The position numbers and the translations under genes are program-made. Source: Patescibacteria group bacterium (GTDB lineage: Bacteria; Patescibacteriota; Minisyncoccia; UBA9983). From it: a stretch of DNA of 64,000 bases. Under the pieces are notes generated by a model. It worked only from the letters and a program-made list of their open reading frames with translations. It was not told the origin of the DNA and made no database searches. Of the stretch, positions 1-10,451 are shown in pieces (within the stretch, counting starts at the first letter, position 1; every line of letters begins with the position of its first letter). The stretch spans positions 11,533 to 75,532 of the forward strand of contig JAHIOX010000015.1 of assembly GCA_018895015.1 (NCBI GenBank). The letters are read 5' to 3'.

Positions 1-312
1 CTGCCGTATGTTTTGCTTGAAGCCGGGCTGGCGGAAATTCCAATTATTGCTACAAATGTCGGAGGCGCGCCGGAAATAATAGGCCCCGCCCTATCAAGGT
101 CGGACCTTGGAAATTTAAAAAGGTCCGACCTTAAGGAAACTGGAATTTTAGTAAACCCCGCAAACCCGGAACAACTGGCAGAGGCAATTAAAAAATTAAT
201 TGAAAATCCTGAATTAGCAAAAGCTCTCGCCGCAAACGCGCGTCAAAAAATATTGAGCGAATTTTCTTTTGAAAAGATGCTACAACAAACCTTGGCGGCG
301 TACGAGAATTAA
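1..312 (+). CDS. GT4 (glycosyltransferase family 4) C-terminal part, 5'-truncated by the window edge
   Basis: LPYVLLEA..IIATNVGGAPEII..TGILV.PANPEQLAEAI is a typical GT-B C-terminal domain; the frame is open from position 1. Confidence 0.85.
   Translation: MPYVLLEAGLAEIPIIATNVGGAPEIIGPALSRSDLGNLKRSDLKETGILVNPANPEQLAEAIKKLIENPELAKALAANARQKILSEFSFEKMLQQTLAAYEN
96..132. repeat. Inverted-repeat doublet AAGGTCGGACCTT-N11-AAGGTCCGACCTT inside the GT4 CDS
   Basis: 13-bp perfect inverted repeat with self-palindromic arms; encodes extra peptide SRSDLGNLKRSDL. Confidence 0.75.
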
Positions 313-1512
313 ACCAGCGCCAGAAATCGCGCCAATCCCCAAAATAGCAAGCAGCCAATTTTTGATATCCCCGTCATTTCCTTTTACAACAGAAACAACA
401 TTAGCAACCTGGCTATCAGTGTTAGAAGCCGAGCTTTCAACACCGGCAACAGCCCCGGAGATGTCGGAAACTCGGTTTCCGACATTAACAATTTCTTCTG
501 GTTCAAAATTTACAACGGACACCGGTTTGGCTATCGCATAGCCAAAAAAAGAAAAAGCGATTGAGCCATTCGGATATAAAATTTCTGCTTTTTGACTCTC
601 TGCCTTAAGCCCAGACACGGAAGAATCTATCATTAAATCTCTGTTTGTTTTTATAAAAGTATTTGCGGGAAATTTAAAAAAAATGTTTTCCGCCTTCAAA
701 AACCAATGCGAAATATCTAATTCAACATTAGAACCGTTATGCAGTTTTATATAATTTTGATTTGCCTCAATAATCTCAAGTTGATTTGGAATTATTTTTG
801 CCGTCAATCTGCCTGAAGCTGAATATTTGCCAGAAGAAATATCCAGAATGACAATGTATTCTCCGGGATATTTATAAACATGTTTGACATTCTGGCCTTC
901 GCTTATCGCGCCATCGCCAAAATTCCAGAGATAACGCGCGCTTTCCAATGGCTCTTTTTTGAGTCCGAGCGCCTTTCCTGAAAAATAAACGTCAGCGCCG
1001 GCAATAGCTGTTTTGTCAGAGCCGGCATTGGCAAAAATCTGCGGCTCCACAGGCCATTCAATTGAACCGTCATCGTAAGTCGGTTTTGGCGATTCAGATT
1101 TTAATTCTGGCGTAAGCGCAGATTCTGATACTACAATATCTTGCTCTGCGGTCCATTGGTTGGCCTTAATGGTTAATTTGTAATTACCAACGGCTGAATC
1201 TTTATAATAAAAACTGCGATTGGCAGTATTTTTAGCCATTGTCAGTTTGCTGGTAGAAACCCATTTAGTGCTGCTGGCGGAAAATTCGCCAGTGCTTGAA
1301 TTAGTTTTGAGTTCAAGATATATAGTTTCTGTTATTTTTACGAGATTCCCATCTGCGTCTTGCGCCTGAACAGTTATTTTTTCCGAGGCTTCATTCGGTT
1401 TAATTACTTGCGGATCTGTTGTAAAAACAAATTGCGATATATCGCTTGCCAAAGCAATATTAATGCTAAACAAAAAAAATAAAAAAGTTGATATCAATCT
1501 AACTGCTAACAT
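280..1512 (-). CDS. Exported PKD-domain / lamin-tail-like surface protein with C-terminal membrane anchor
   Basis: Signal peptide; YLWNFGDG..HVYKYPGEY PKD motif; YIKLHN..LDISHW.L LTD-like segment; C-terminal TM followed by RR. Confidence 0.7.
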   Translation of the reverse strand: MLAVRLISTFLFFLFSINIALASDISQFVFTTDPQVIKPNEASEKITVQAQDADGNLVKITETIYLELKTNSSTGEFSASSTKWVSTSKLTMAKNTANRSFYYKDSAVGNYKLTIKANQWTAEQDIVVSESALTPELKSESPKPTYDDGSIEWPVEPQIFANAGSDKTAIAGADVYFSGKALGLKKEPLESARYLWNFGDGAISEGQNVKHVYKYPGEYIVILDISSGKYSASGRLTAKIIPNQLEIIEANQNYIKLHNGSNVELDISHWFLKAENIFFKFPANTFIKTNRDLMIDSSVSGLKAESQKAEILYPNGSIAFSFFGYAIAKPVSVVNFEPEEIVNVGNRVSDISGAVAGVESSASNTDSQVANVVSVVKGNDGDIKNWLLAILGIGAISGAGLILVRRQGLL

Positions 1513-1517
1513 GCTAT

Positions 1518-3227
1518 TTACTCAAACTTTATTCTATCTCCGGGCTTGAGAGTTCCCTTTTTATCATTAACAATTTTTTCTTTCATAACCTCATCTAATA
1601 CTTCTCTCAATTCATCTAATTTGGGTTCTGTTTTGCCTTTTGTCGGGCTAGCGAATTTTTTATTTTCCAATTCTTTCAACGATATTGGCTTTGGAGCCGA
1701 AACCGGTGGCTCGGAATGCCTTCTGTGAGCTTTGCAAAAAACCATCCTTTTCCCGTCCGGCTTAAACGGAACATATGTTTTTTTGCCGCACACATCGCAA
1801 ACCGCTTCATTGAGTTCCGGCGGCGCTTCCATTTTTTCCCTTTCTATTTCAGTATGCGGAAGCGACCTCTTAATGGCGCGCACGGCTGGGGCTGAATACG
1901 CGGCCGCCTTATTTTCATTAACTGTATTTTTCTGATTGCTGGTTTTATGCCACTCGGCGATTTTATTTTCCACCTCCTCTCTCGCCGTGGCGTATTTTTC
2001 GCGCGACACTTCAATTATCTTGTCTCTATGCGAGCTTTCAGGCGGGATTATCGGAGGAAGAGTGCTGGCTGAAAAAGGCCTGGATGCCACACCGTCTATC
2101 ATCAGCTTTAAATAAATACTCGCAAATCCAAGATTTACTATGTCCTGTACGACAAATTCCGGCGCGAATTCCTGCTCTAAAACTTCCGCGTCATAAGCGC
2201 CAACCCTAAAAGCCGCCAGCGTGCCTACGTTTCCAAAAACGGCGTCGCGCACCGTCTCATCCATCTGCGCGATATATTGGTGAGCCAAAACTAAATTGAG
2301 GCGGTATTTTCTCGCCTCTGAAAGAATATCCTTAAACGATTCAGTGGCAAAGTTCTGGAATTCGTCAACGTATAAATAAAAATCCGTCCGCTCTTCTTCG
2401 CTAACGTCAACTCGGCTCATTGCCGCCAGATATATTTTCGTAATAAGCATAGCTCCGATAAGGCGTGAATTTTCTTCGCCTACTCTTCCTTTAGAAAGGT
2501 TCATTATAAATATTTTCTTTTTATCCATTATATCGCGTATGTCAAACGCCGAGTGCGGCTGGCCGATTATGTTGCGTATAATAGGATTGGAAATAAATTG
2601 GCCAACTTTGTTCTGAATGGCGGCGCCGGCCTCAGTCATAAAGCGGTCGGTGTATTTCGCGAATTCATCAGTCCAAAAAGCTTTGATAACAGGGTCTGTA
2701 ATTTTTGAAACAACCTCTTGCCTGTACTCTTTGTCGGACAGCATTCTGTTTATGCCCAAAAGAGTCGACTCCGGATATTCAAGAAGCGCGAGAATGCAAT
2801 TGTTCAAAATATATTCCATTCGCGGCGACCAGACATCCGGCCAGATTTTTTTAAAAACGCCAAGCAAACCGTTGGCAATTAAATGCCGCTGGCTCGTGTC
2901 AACATTTTCCATCACGTTAAAAGCAACCGGCCAATCAGTGTCGTGAGGAGCGAAATAAAGAACATCGCCAATGCGGTTTTCCGGCACAAAATCCAATAAT
3001 TTTTCAGCAAAACCTCCGTGAGGGTCAACAATACCGACCCCTTCTCCGTTTAAAATATCCTGCATCGCCATATTTTCAAGCAAAGTCGTTTTTCCCATGC
3101 CGGTTTTGCCGATAATATACATATGCTTGGTTCGGTCATGCCTTTTAATGCCGAATCTTTTTTTCTCATTGCGAAAATCCGTTTCAGCGAAATAAGTGAT
3201 ATTATTATTGCCGTTTTTATCGTTCAT
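1518..3227 (-). CDS. VirD4/TraD/HerA-like coupling ATPase with C-terminal CxxC-x17-CxxH zinc ribbon
   Basis: Walker A GKTGMGKT, VDPHG, Walker B LYVDEFQNF, SEARKY..LAHQ; CDVC...CKAH tail. Confidence 0.85.
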   Translation of the reverse strand: MNDKNGNNNITYFAETDFRNEKKRFGIKRHDRTKHMYIIGKTGMGKTTLLENMAMQDILNGEGVGIVDPHGGFAEKLLDFVPENRIGDVLYFAPHDTDWPVAFNVMENVDTSQRHLIANGLLGVFKKIWPDVWSPRMEYILNNCILALLEYPESTLLGINRMLSDKEYRQEVVSKITDPVIKAFWTDEFAKYTDRFMTEAGAAIQNKVGQFISNPIIRNIIGQPHSAFDIRDIMDKKKIFIMNLSKGRVGEENSRLIGAMLITKIYLAAMSRVDVSEEERTDFYLYVDEFQNFATESFKDILSEARKYRLNLVLAHQYIAQMDETVRDAVFGNVGTLAAFRVGAYDAEVLEQEFAPEFVVQDIVNLGFASIYLKLMIDGVASRPFSASTLPPIIPPESSHRDKIIEVSREKYATAREEVENKIAEWHKTSNQKNTVNENKAAAYSAPAVRAIKRSLPHTEIEREKMEAPPELNEAVCDVCGKKTYVPFKPDGKRMVFCKAHRRHSEPPVSAPKPISLKELENKKFASPTKGKTEPKLDELREVLDEVMKEKIVNDKKGTLKPGDRIKFE

Positions 3228-3259
3228 TTGGCTTAATTATACATAAATCTTAAAATAAA

Positions 3260-4423
3260 TCACTCCTTGTCAAGCGCGGCATGGGTGTATTTATTAGCCG
3301 CGTCCCACAACAGCCAAGAATCCAGGCCGGCATCGTAAACAGCCTGCTTTTGCTTGCGCACCATCGCGGCATCATAAGTCGCGCCCAAATCAAAGTCCTG
3401 AAGCCAAGGCCGTAATTTATTCGGCGTTGAAGTAGCGGCAATCAAACGCCCGGAAGCAGTATCCATCGCCAATTTTACCACTTCATAGGGATGCTCCGCC
3501 GGGTTTTTAAATCCATTATATGTTGGCGGATAATGAGAAGGATAAACCATCGGGCAGATGTAATCAAAATACGGCTCCGTTTTTTCCAAAACCTGGCCGA
3601 TGTTTAAATCGTCGGAATTGGTTGCAGTCATTCCAAACAAATCCGCTGACAAAGGCACATCAAGAACTTCCAGTTCTTTTTTTAGATACGCGAAAAAATT
3701 TTCCATGGCATCGGATTTTTCAATTTCCTTTTGGCAAAAAGAATAGCTTACGTCTTTCATATTGCCGTCGGAAGGAAATCTGATATAGTCAAAATTCAAT
3801 TCGTCAAAACCGACTCGCTCGGTTTCTTTGGCAACGCTTACGGCATAATCCCAAACTTCTTTTGAGCAAGGGTCAAGCCACGCGATTCCTTTCCTGTCCT
3901 TCCAAACAGTTTTACCGTCGCTTCTTTTAACGGCCAAATCCGGCCTTTGTTTAGCCAAATAAACATCTTGAAAAACAGAAATTCGCGCGATAGCGTAAAT
4001 ATTTTTACTGTGAAGATAATCTAAAAAATCTTTTATATCAGCGACGCGCTTTTCTGCGGAACCTATTCCTTGAAGTTTCGGGTCGGAAACTTCAAAAGAA
4101 ATTCTGCCGGTGTAATCTTTCACATCAATCACAACCGCGTTAAGCTCTGTTGAATCTATTAAATTGACAAGCTCCTGGCGCCAGTCTTTTGTTGAAGCAA
4201 CCCAGCTTGTCATGTAGATTCCGCGGACATGCGGCGGAGTTTTTATATGGGCTGGCTTGATTTCTTCCGGAGTAATTATATTATCTTCAGAGCCGGAAAT
4301 TTTAGAAGCAATATATTCAGAATTAGGAACATCAAGCAAAAAACTAACGCCAAAAAAAGCAAAACAAGCGGCGCCGGAAATCAGCGAAAAGACAACGCTC
4401 TTTTTGGTTAAATATTTTTTCAT
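3260..4423 (-). CDS. Putative glycoside hydrolase (DUF4015-like), membrane-anchored
   Basis: RGIYMT, NAVVIDVKD, ARISVFQD, GFDELNFDYIRFP, PMVYPSHY, RPWLQDF motifs. Confidence 0.8.
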   Translation of the reverse strand: MKKYLTKKSVVFSLISGAACFAFFGVSFLLDVPNSEYIASKISGSEDNIITPEEIKPAHIKTPPHVRGIYMTSWVASTKDWRQELVNLIDSTELNAVVIDVKDYTGRISFEVSDPKLQGIGSAEKRVADIKDFLDYLHSKNIYAIARISVFQDVYLAKQRPDLAVKRSDGKTVWKDRKGIAWLDPCSKEVWDYAVSVAKETERVGFDELNFDYIRFPSDGNMKDVSYSFCQKEIEKSDAMENFFAYLKKELEVLDVPLSADLFGMTATNSDDLNIGQVLEKTEPYFDYICPMVYPSHYPPTYNGFKNPAEHPYEVVKLAMDTASGRLIAATSTPNKLRPWLQDFDLGATYDAAMVRKQKQAVYDAGLDSWLLWDAANKYTHAALDKE

Positions 4424-4431
4424 TATTCAAA

Positions 4432-4623
4432 TTACTCCGCTTGCTCTGTTTTTTTATCAGCCGATTGGGCGACAGTTTCGCTCACGCCCCTCCAAAAAGA
4501 GATAAGCGCGACAAGCAAGCCGGATATAATCATAAACGCTCTTTGGACCGCGGACGGGAAACCCAAGAATCCCAAAATAATTATCCAAAGCCCTAAAGCG
4601 CCAATAAACCAATTTCTCCACAT
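4432..4623 (-). CDS. Small two-TM membrane protein
   Basis: MWRNWFIGALGLWIIILGFLGFP..; start chosen 7 nt after TGnTATAAT (alternative start 4632). Confidence 0.6.
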   Translation of the reverse strand: MWRNWFIGALGLWIIILGFLGFPSAVQRAFMIISGLLVALISFWRGVSETVAQSADKKTEQAE

Positions 4624-4661
4624 ATATGCCATTATAACACCCCGCCTAAAAAATTCCATTT

Positions 4662-5630
4662 TTAGCGGGGCAAGACAACAATTTCTTCTTCCAAATCTAT
4701 GTTGAATTTTTCTCTCACTTTTTGTTTGCAAATTTTAATGAGTTCCAACACGTCAGCCGCTCGCCCTTCCCCGATATTCACGATAAAATTCGCGTGCAAG
4801 TCCGAAATTTGGGCTCCGCCAATATTCATTCCCTTTAATCCGCATTGCTCTATCAAATATGCCGCTGGAAATTTCCCGGTCTTAATTTTTTCTTGAGGAA
4901 TTAATTTCAAAAACTCGTTTTTGTTCCGTAATCCGCCAATAACAATATTTTTAAATATACTCCCGATTGAAGGATGCGATGGAATCTTTCTTCTGCGATT
5001 CAATAAAATATTTTTAATTTCTTCTTTGCTTTTTTCTTTTCCGCCAGCCGGCGGAGCCTTTGCTAATTTAAATTCTATTTCTAAAATTACTTCGGCGTTG
5101 CCCAAATTTTTGAATCTGCTTCCGCGATAACAAAATTCGCATTCTTTATTTGAATACTTTTTTATCCGCCAGCCGGCGGAGCCAGCCTCATCCAAAACAG
5201 AAACGCTTTCCACGTTTTCAGATATTGAATGGCCGTATGCCCCGCAATTTCCGGCCACGCCTCCGCCAACTGTTCCGGGTATTCCAACGCCCCACTCAAA
5301 GCCAATGAAACCGGCATCAATGGATTTTATAATTAATTGGCTGAATAATACTCCCGCGCCAACATTCACGCTTGAATTTTCAATTTTTAATCCGCCGGCC
5401 GACGGACAATTTCCAATTTTTATCGCAACGCCTTCAAATCCTTCGTCACGAAATAAAATATTACTCCCGCCACCAAACACAAAATAAGGCAGGTTTTTGC
5501 CTTTCGCGAACTTAATCGCCTCAATAATTTCCTCCTTTGATTTCGCGACAACAAAATACCTCGCCGCCCCGCCGATCTTAAAACTGGAGTGATTTTTTAA
5601 TAGCTCGTTTTCTTTAATTTCCAATAACAT
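4662..5630 (-). CDS. murB: UDP-N-acetylenolpyruvoylglucosamine reductase
   Basis: SFKIGG.A, GGGSNIL, GIPGTVGG..GNCGAYG, GSIFKN, HANFIVN; true start is ATG 5630 because the longer ORF runs through tRNA-Ile. Confidence 0.95.
   Translation of the reverse strand: MLLEIKENELLKNHSSFKIGGAARYFVVAKSKEEIIEAIKFAKGKNLPYFVFGGGSNILFRDEGFEGVAIKIGNCPSAGGLKIENSSVNVGAGVLFSQLIIKSIDAGFIGFEWGVGIPGTVGGGVAGNCGAYGHSISENVESVSVLDEAGSAGWRIKKYSNKECEFCYRGSRFKNLGNAEVILEIEFKLAKAPPAGGKEKSKEEIKNILLNRRRKIPSHPSIGSIFKNIVIGGLRNKNEFLKLIPQEKIKTGKFPAAYLIEQCGLKGMNIGGAQISDLHANFIVNIGEGRAADVLELIKICKQKVREKFNIDLEEEIVVLPR
5040..5058. repeat. Short palindrome family B copy (TCCGCCAGCCGGCGGAGCC) in murB; identical copy at 5165-5183, variant at 5391-5406
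   Basis: Direct reading of the sequence. Confidence 0.85.
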
Positions 5631-5632
5631 TG

Positions 5633-5704
5633 TGGGCGTGGAAGGAATCGAACCTTCGACCCCGTTCTTATCAGGAACGTGCTCTACCACTGAGCCACAC
5701 GCCC
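5633..5704 (-). tRNA. tRNA-Ile(GAT)
   Basis: Cloverleaf GGGCGTG...CACGCCCA, anticodon loop CTGATAA, GTTCGATTC T-arm; CCA not encoded. Confidence 0.97.
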
Positions 5705-5772
5705 ATCCGTCAGCTGACGGATTCATTCTATAACAAAAAACCGCCCTATTCAAGAGGACGATTTTTTGATTT

Positions 5773-5798
5773 ATAATATTTTTTCTTTTGTTCCGTTC
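5773..5798. repeat. 3' arm of 16S pre-rRNA processing stem (26-bp perfect inverted repeat with 7457-7482)
   Basis: ATAATATTTTTTCTTTTGTTCCGTTC is the reverse complement of 7457-7482. Confidence 0.85.
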
Positions 5799-5935
5799 GC
5801 CCATTTTTACCTCTTGAGTTTGAGGAATCTCAAAACAGCTCCGAGATCAACGCTTTATCCGCCTCATCGGCGGACCGACCTAGTCTTTTCTGTCCGCTAT
5901 GTCCGTAAAGGGCATAAAACGAAAGAAAAGATTGG

Positions 5936-7454
<1,519 letters not shown>

Positions 7455-7592
7455 ATGAACGGAACAAAAGAAAAAATATTATCTCGATTCTGGGACTTTA
7501 TGCCAGAATCGGAATGCACAAATGAATCATATTCATTTTTTAATGTTCAAGAAAATTGTACCTCTGTCTGGGTTTATTCAGTTTATATTTTT

Positions 7593-7620
7593 ATTATATA
7601 CCTGTTATATATAGTGTCAA
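7593..7620 (-). promoter_or_regulatory. Sigma70 promoter of the 16S/tRNA-Ile unit
   Basis: TTGACA-16 nt-TATAAT perfect consensus. Confidence 0.85.
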
Positions 7621-7692
7621 TACCAGCAACTATCACAAAGTTTACGCTATAGCGAAAAGATTGTGTCATTGAGTTTTTTAAAAAAATTCATT

Positions 7693-7716
7693 AAAAAAGC
7701 GGGTTTTTAGGCCCGC
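7693..7716 (-). terminator. Intrinsic terminator after the 8090/7978 cassette
   Basis: GCGGG-N8-CCCGC followed by T6 on the minus strand. Confidence 0.65.
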
Positions 7717-7732
7717 CTTAAATTCATTGTCC

Positions 7733-7978
7733 TTAATCAAGTATTATATAAGATGTAATATAGTCATCTATTTCTTCGTATTCTTTAAACAGCTTCTTTT
7801 GTTCTTCGTTCATGCTCTCAAGAAATTTTTCTCTTCTCTTTTGTCCTTCTTTCCTTGCGCAAGAAAGGCAAATCGCGTAAATCATTTCGCTATCTTCTAT
7901 ATAACCCCTATCTCCGAAGCACCATAAACATCTTCTTTCAGGACTTACTTCTTCTTTTCGTATCGCTTCCGCTCCCAT
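7733..7978 (-). CDS. Hypothetical protein with CxxC-x16-CxxC zinc-ribbon motif
   Basis: CLWC...CLSC; SD GAGGTGA 5 nt upstream. Confidence 0.6.
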   Translation of the reverse strand: MGAEAIRKEEVSPERRCLWCFGDRGYIEDSEMIYAICLSCARKEGQKRREKFLESMNEEQKKLFKEYEEIDDYITSYIILD

Positions 7979-8090
7979 TTAACTCACCTCTCTTTCTATT
8001 TTTATCCCATTTTCCACTAATAGATCGGTTATATATTTCTATCTTTCTGAAACTTACATTCATAATTCTCGGTTTCTTGATTTTTTCCAT
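7938..8090 (-). CDS. Small basic hypothetical protein (50 aa, below the ORF-track cutoff)
   Basis: GGAGGTG-4 nt-ATG; MEKIKKPRIMNVSFRKIEIYNRSISGKWDKNRKRGELNGSGSDTKRRSKS; overlaps the next ORF. Confidence 0.4.
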   Translation of the reverse strand: MEKIKKPRIMNVSFRKIEIYNRSISGKWDKNRKRGELNGSGSDTKRRSKS

Positions 8091-8132
8091 TCCGCACCTC
8101 CGTTGTATATATTAAATTTTCAAAATACTAAT

Positions 8133-9086
8133 TTATTTTCTTTTCCCACTTTTTCTTTCTTGTAATTTATAAATCGTAACCAAAAGCGGCGAAGCTAAAA
8201 AGATTGAAGAATACGTTCCGGCGATTATACCGACTATAAGCGCCAATGAAAAATATTTTGTCGTTTCTCCGCCGAAAAAGAACAGCGCGAGAAGCACCAA
8301 AAACACCGTTAAAGAAGTGTTAATTGAACGGGCAATTGTTTGGTTAACGCTTAACCCAACCGTATTTTCAAAATTCTCTCCAATGCCCTTCCGTAAATTC
8401 TCGCGAACACGGTCAAAAACAACAATGGTATCATGGACGGAAAAACCAAGAATAGTAAGGAGCGCCGTAATAAACAAAATGTCTATTTCCGCGCCAAAAT
8501 ATTTTCCAAGAATCGCGAAAATTCCGGTTGGAATCGCCACATCATGAATAAGAGCGACAACCGCCATCAGCCCGTATTTAAAAGACGAGACTCCCCTGCC
8601 GGTTTTAGACAGCCCGGCTGAAACCTTGCGGAACGCGAAAGCGATATAAAAAATAATCATTGCCAAAACCAGCGCCATGGCAACCCACGATTTTTGCGCG
8701 AGTTCTTTTCCGATAACAGGCCCGATTGAATCAAAACGCGTTTCGGTTATTTCACTTGGAAATCCAGTTTCCAAGTGCTTGGAAACTGGATTTCCAAGTG
8801 CTTGCAATAATAATTGGTGCTCTTCTTCAGATAAATCTTTTGAGCGGATAAGCAATCCATTGTCGCCGGTTGGCTGCAAGGAGATATTGCCCAAATCCAA
8901 CGGAGAAATTTTTTCCTTAATAACGAAATTTTCCGGCCTGTCATTTAAATATTCAATCTCAAGAAGCGAGCCGCCGGTAAAATCTATTCCCAAATTCAAA
9001 CCAAAAAAGAAAATTGAAAATATGCTCGCTACTACGAGCAGTCCTGAAATCGCGTACCAAATTTTTCGATGCTTTATGATATTCAT
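8133..9086 (-). CDS. secF: Protein translocase subunit SecF
   Basis: LNLGIDFTGG, GFSVHDTIVVFDRVRE, RSINTS; start at MNIIKH. Confidence 0.95.
   Translation of the reverse strand: MNIIKHRKIWYAISGLLVVASIFSIFFFGLNLGIDFTGGSLLEIEYLNDRPENFVIKEKISPLDLGNISLQPTGDNGLLIRSKDLSEEEHQLLLQALGNPVSKHLETGFPSEITETRFDSIGPVIGKELAQKSWVAMALVLAMIIFYIAFAFRKVSAGLSKTGRGVSSFKYGLMAVVALIHDVAIPTGIFAILGKYFGAEIDILFITALLTILGFSVHDTIVVFDRVRENLRKGIGENFENTVGLSVNQTIARSINTSLTVFLVLLALFFFGGETTKYFSLALIVGIIAGTYSSIFLASPLLVTIYKLQERKSGKRK
8753..8800. repeat. Coding palindromic element family A, copy in secF
   Basis: CACTTGGAAATCCAGTTTCCAAG-TG-CTTGGAAACTGGATTTCCAAGTG, 23-bp perfect arms. Confidence 0.95.
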
Positions 9087-9090
9087 AATT

Positions 9091-10419
9091 CTAACTTTGC
9101 GAAATCTTATGCGAATTATGCGAACCAAACAAAAATTGCGTTAATTTGCTTTCCTCTTTCGCTCCGATTGCCAGCAAAAATGTCCTGCTTATAATAATTG
9201 CCGAGAACATGCTGACTAGCACGCCGATGCCAAGAGTAAGAGCAAAGCCTTTTACCATGCTCGTTCCCATCCAAAAAAGTATGAAAGCGGTAATCAAACT
9301 TGAAACATTTGAATCGCGGATAGACAGCCAAGCGCGAGCAAATCCCTCTGTAATGGCCGTGTTTAATTGCTTGCCGGCCCGCCTTTCCTCTTTCATTCTT
9401 TCAAAAATCAAAATATTCGCGTCAACCGCCATGCCAATGGACAAAATGAAACCGGCAATGCCCGCGGCTGTCAGCGTTACCGGAATAATTTTAAAAATCG
9501 CCAAAACAATAATAATATAAATGGCGAGAGCGAAAACAGAAATAAGCCCCGGCAAACGATACCATAATACAAGAAAAAGGGACACTAAAATAATCCCGTA
9601 AATTCCGGCAGTAATTCCTTTCATTAAAACTTTTTCTCCCAAAGTCGGGCCAACGCTTTGCTGGGAAATAAGCTCAATCGGAACCGGAAGCGCCCCTGAG
9701 TTCAAGCGCTGGACCAGCAGTTTTGCTTCTGTCGGAGTAAATTGGCCGGTTATTTGAGCGCGGCCGTTTGGAATTTCTTCCCTAACCACAGGCGCGCTAA
9801 TCGGAGCGCCGTCTAAAAATATAGCGAGCTGCTTGCCGACATTTTCCTTTGTGAGCTTGGCAAAAATTTCCGCGCCCTCGTCATTAAATTGGATTGAAAT
9901 TTCCGGCTCGTACGTAGTCGGGCTAAATTCAAGCGTTGCTTTTTCAAGATAGCGGCCGGTAAGCCGGGACGGCAAAAAAGCGTCCGCTGCGTTCACGCCT
10001 TCTTCCATATTCGGCGCCTCTATCCTAAATTCCAAAAATGGAGTTTCTCCGAGCATTTTTATCGCTTGATTCACGTCTGTCACGCCAGGCAATTCAACAA
10101 TAAGGCGCTGTTCTTTATTTTCAGATGCCTTTAAAATGCCTTTTTGCTCCACCTGGACAAGCGGTTCGGCAACGCCAAAAAGATTGACCCTTCTTTCAAT
10201 AACATCCCTAAGCCCGTCCATTGCATCCTGAATTTCAGACGGGCTAATTTGAGAAACATCAGCCCGATAAACCAGATGCGCTCCTCCGCGCAAATCCAAA
10301 CCAAGCTTAAACGGCATGGAAAAAAATAGGTTTGGCGAAAATATATGCGCTACGTCAAAATAGCCGATGGCAGCGCCGGCTAAAATAATCAAAACCGCTA
10401 TAAACCTGTATTTCGGCAT
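9091..10419 (-). CDS. secD: Protein translocase subunit SecD
   Basis: LGLDLRGG, IERRVNLFGVAEP, GMAVDANILIFER, IRDSN. Confidence 0.95.
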   Translation of the reverse strand: MPKYRFIAVLIILAGAAIGYFDVAHIFSPNLFFSMPFKLGLDLRGGAHLVYRADVSQISPSEIQDAMDGLRDVIERRVNLFGVAEPLVQVEQKGILKASENKEQRLIVELPGVTDVNQAIKMLGETPFLEFRIEAPNMEEGVNAADAFLPSRLTGRYLEKATLEFSPTTYEPEISIQFNDEGAEIFAKLTKENVGKQLAIFLDGAPISAPVVREEIPNGRAQITGQFTPTEAKLLVQRLNSGALPVPIELISQQSVGPTLGEKVLMKGITAGIYGIILVSLFLVLWYRLPGLISVFALAIYIIIVLAIFKIIPVTLTAAGIAGFILSIGMAVDANILIFERMKEERRAGKQLNTAITEGFARAWLSIRDSNVSSLITAFILFWMGTSMVKGFALTLGIGVLVSMFSAIIISRTFLLAIGAKEESKLTQFLFGSHNSHKISQS

Positions 10420-10451
10420 AATTTTTAATATTATAGTTTTTTAAAAAAAAT

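Noticed and set aside
3662-3678. AAGAACTTCCAGTTCTT as a family A relative
   Set aside because: It is a single short arm with different sequence and no evident peptide insertion; probably chance.
4633-4672. GGGGTG before ATG 4632 as an SD site
   Set aside because: The G-run is the arm of the murB terminator-like hairpin and overlaps a TGnTATAAT promoter; start 4623 is more plausible.
5631-5804. N-terminal extension of the murB ORF (380 aa in the track)
   Set aside because: It runs through tRNA-Ile and spacer; MurB similarity begins at ATG 5630.
5818-5836. UCCUC in the 16S trailer as a displaced anti-SD
   Set aside because: It is over 100 nt beyond helix 45, partly buried in a hairpin, and only a partial match.
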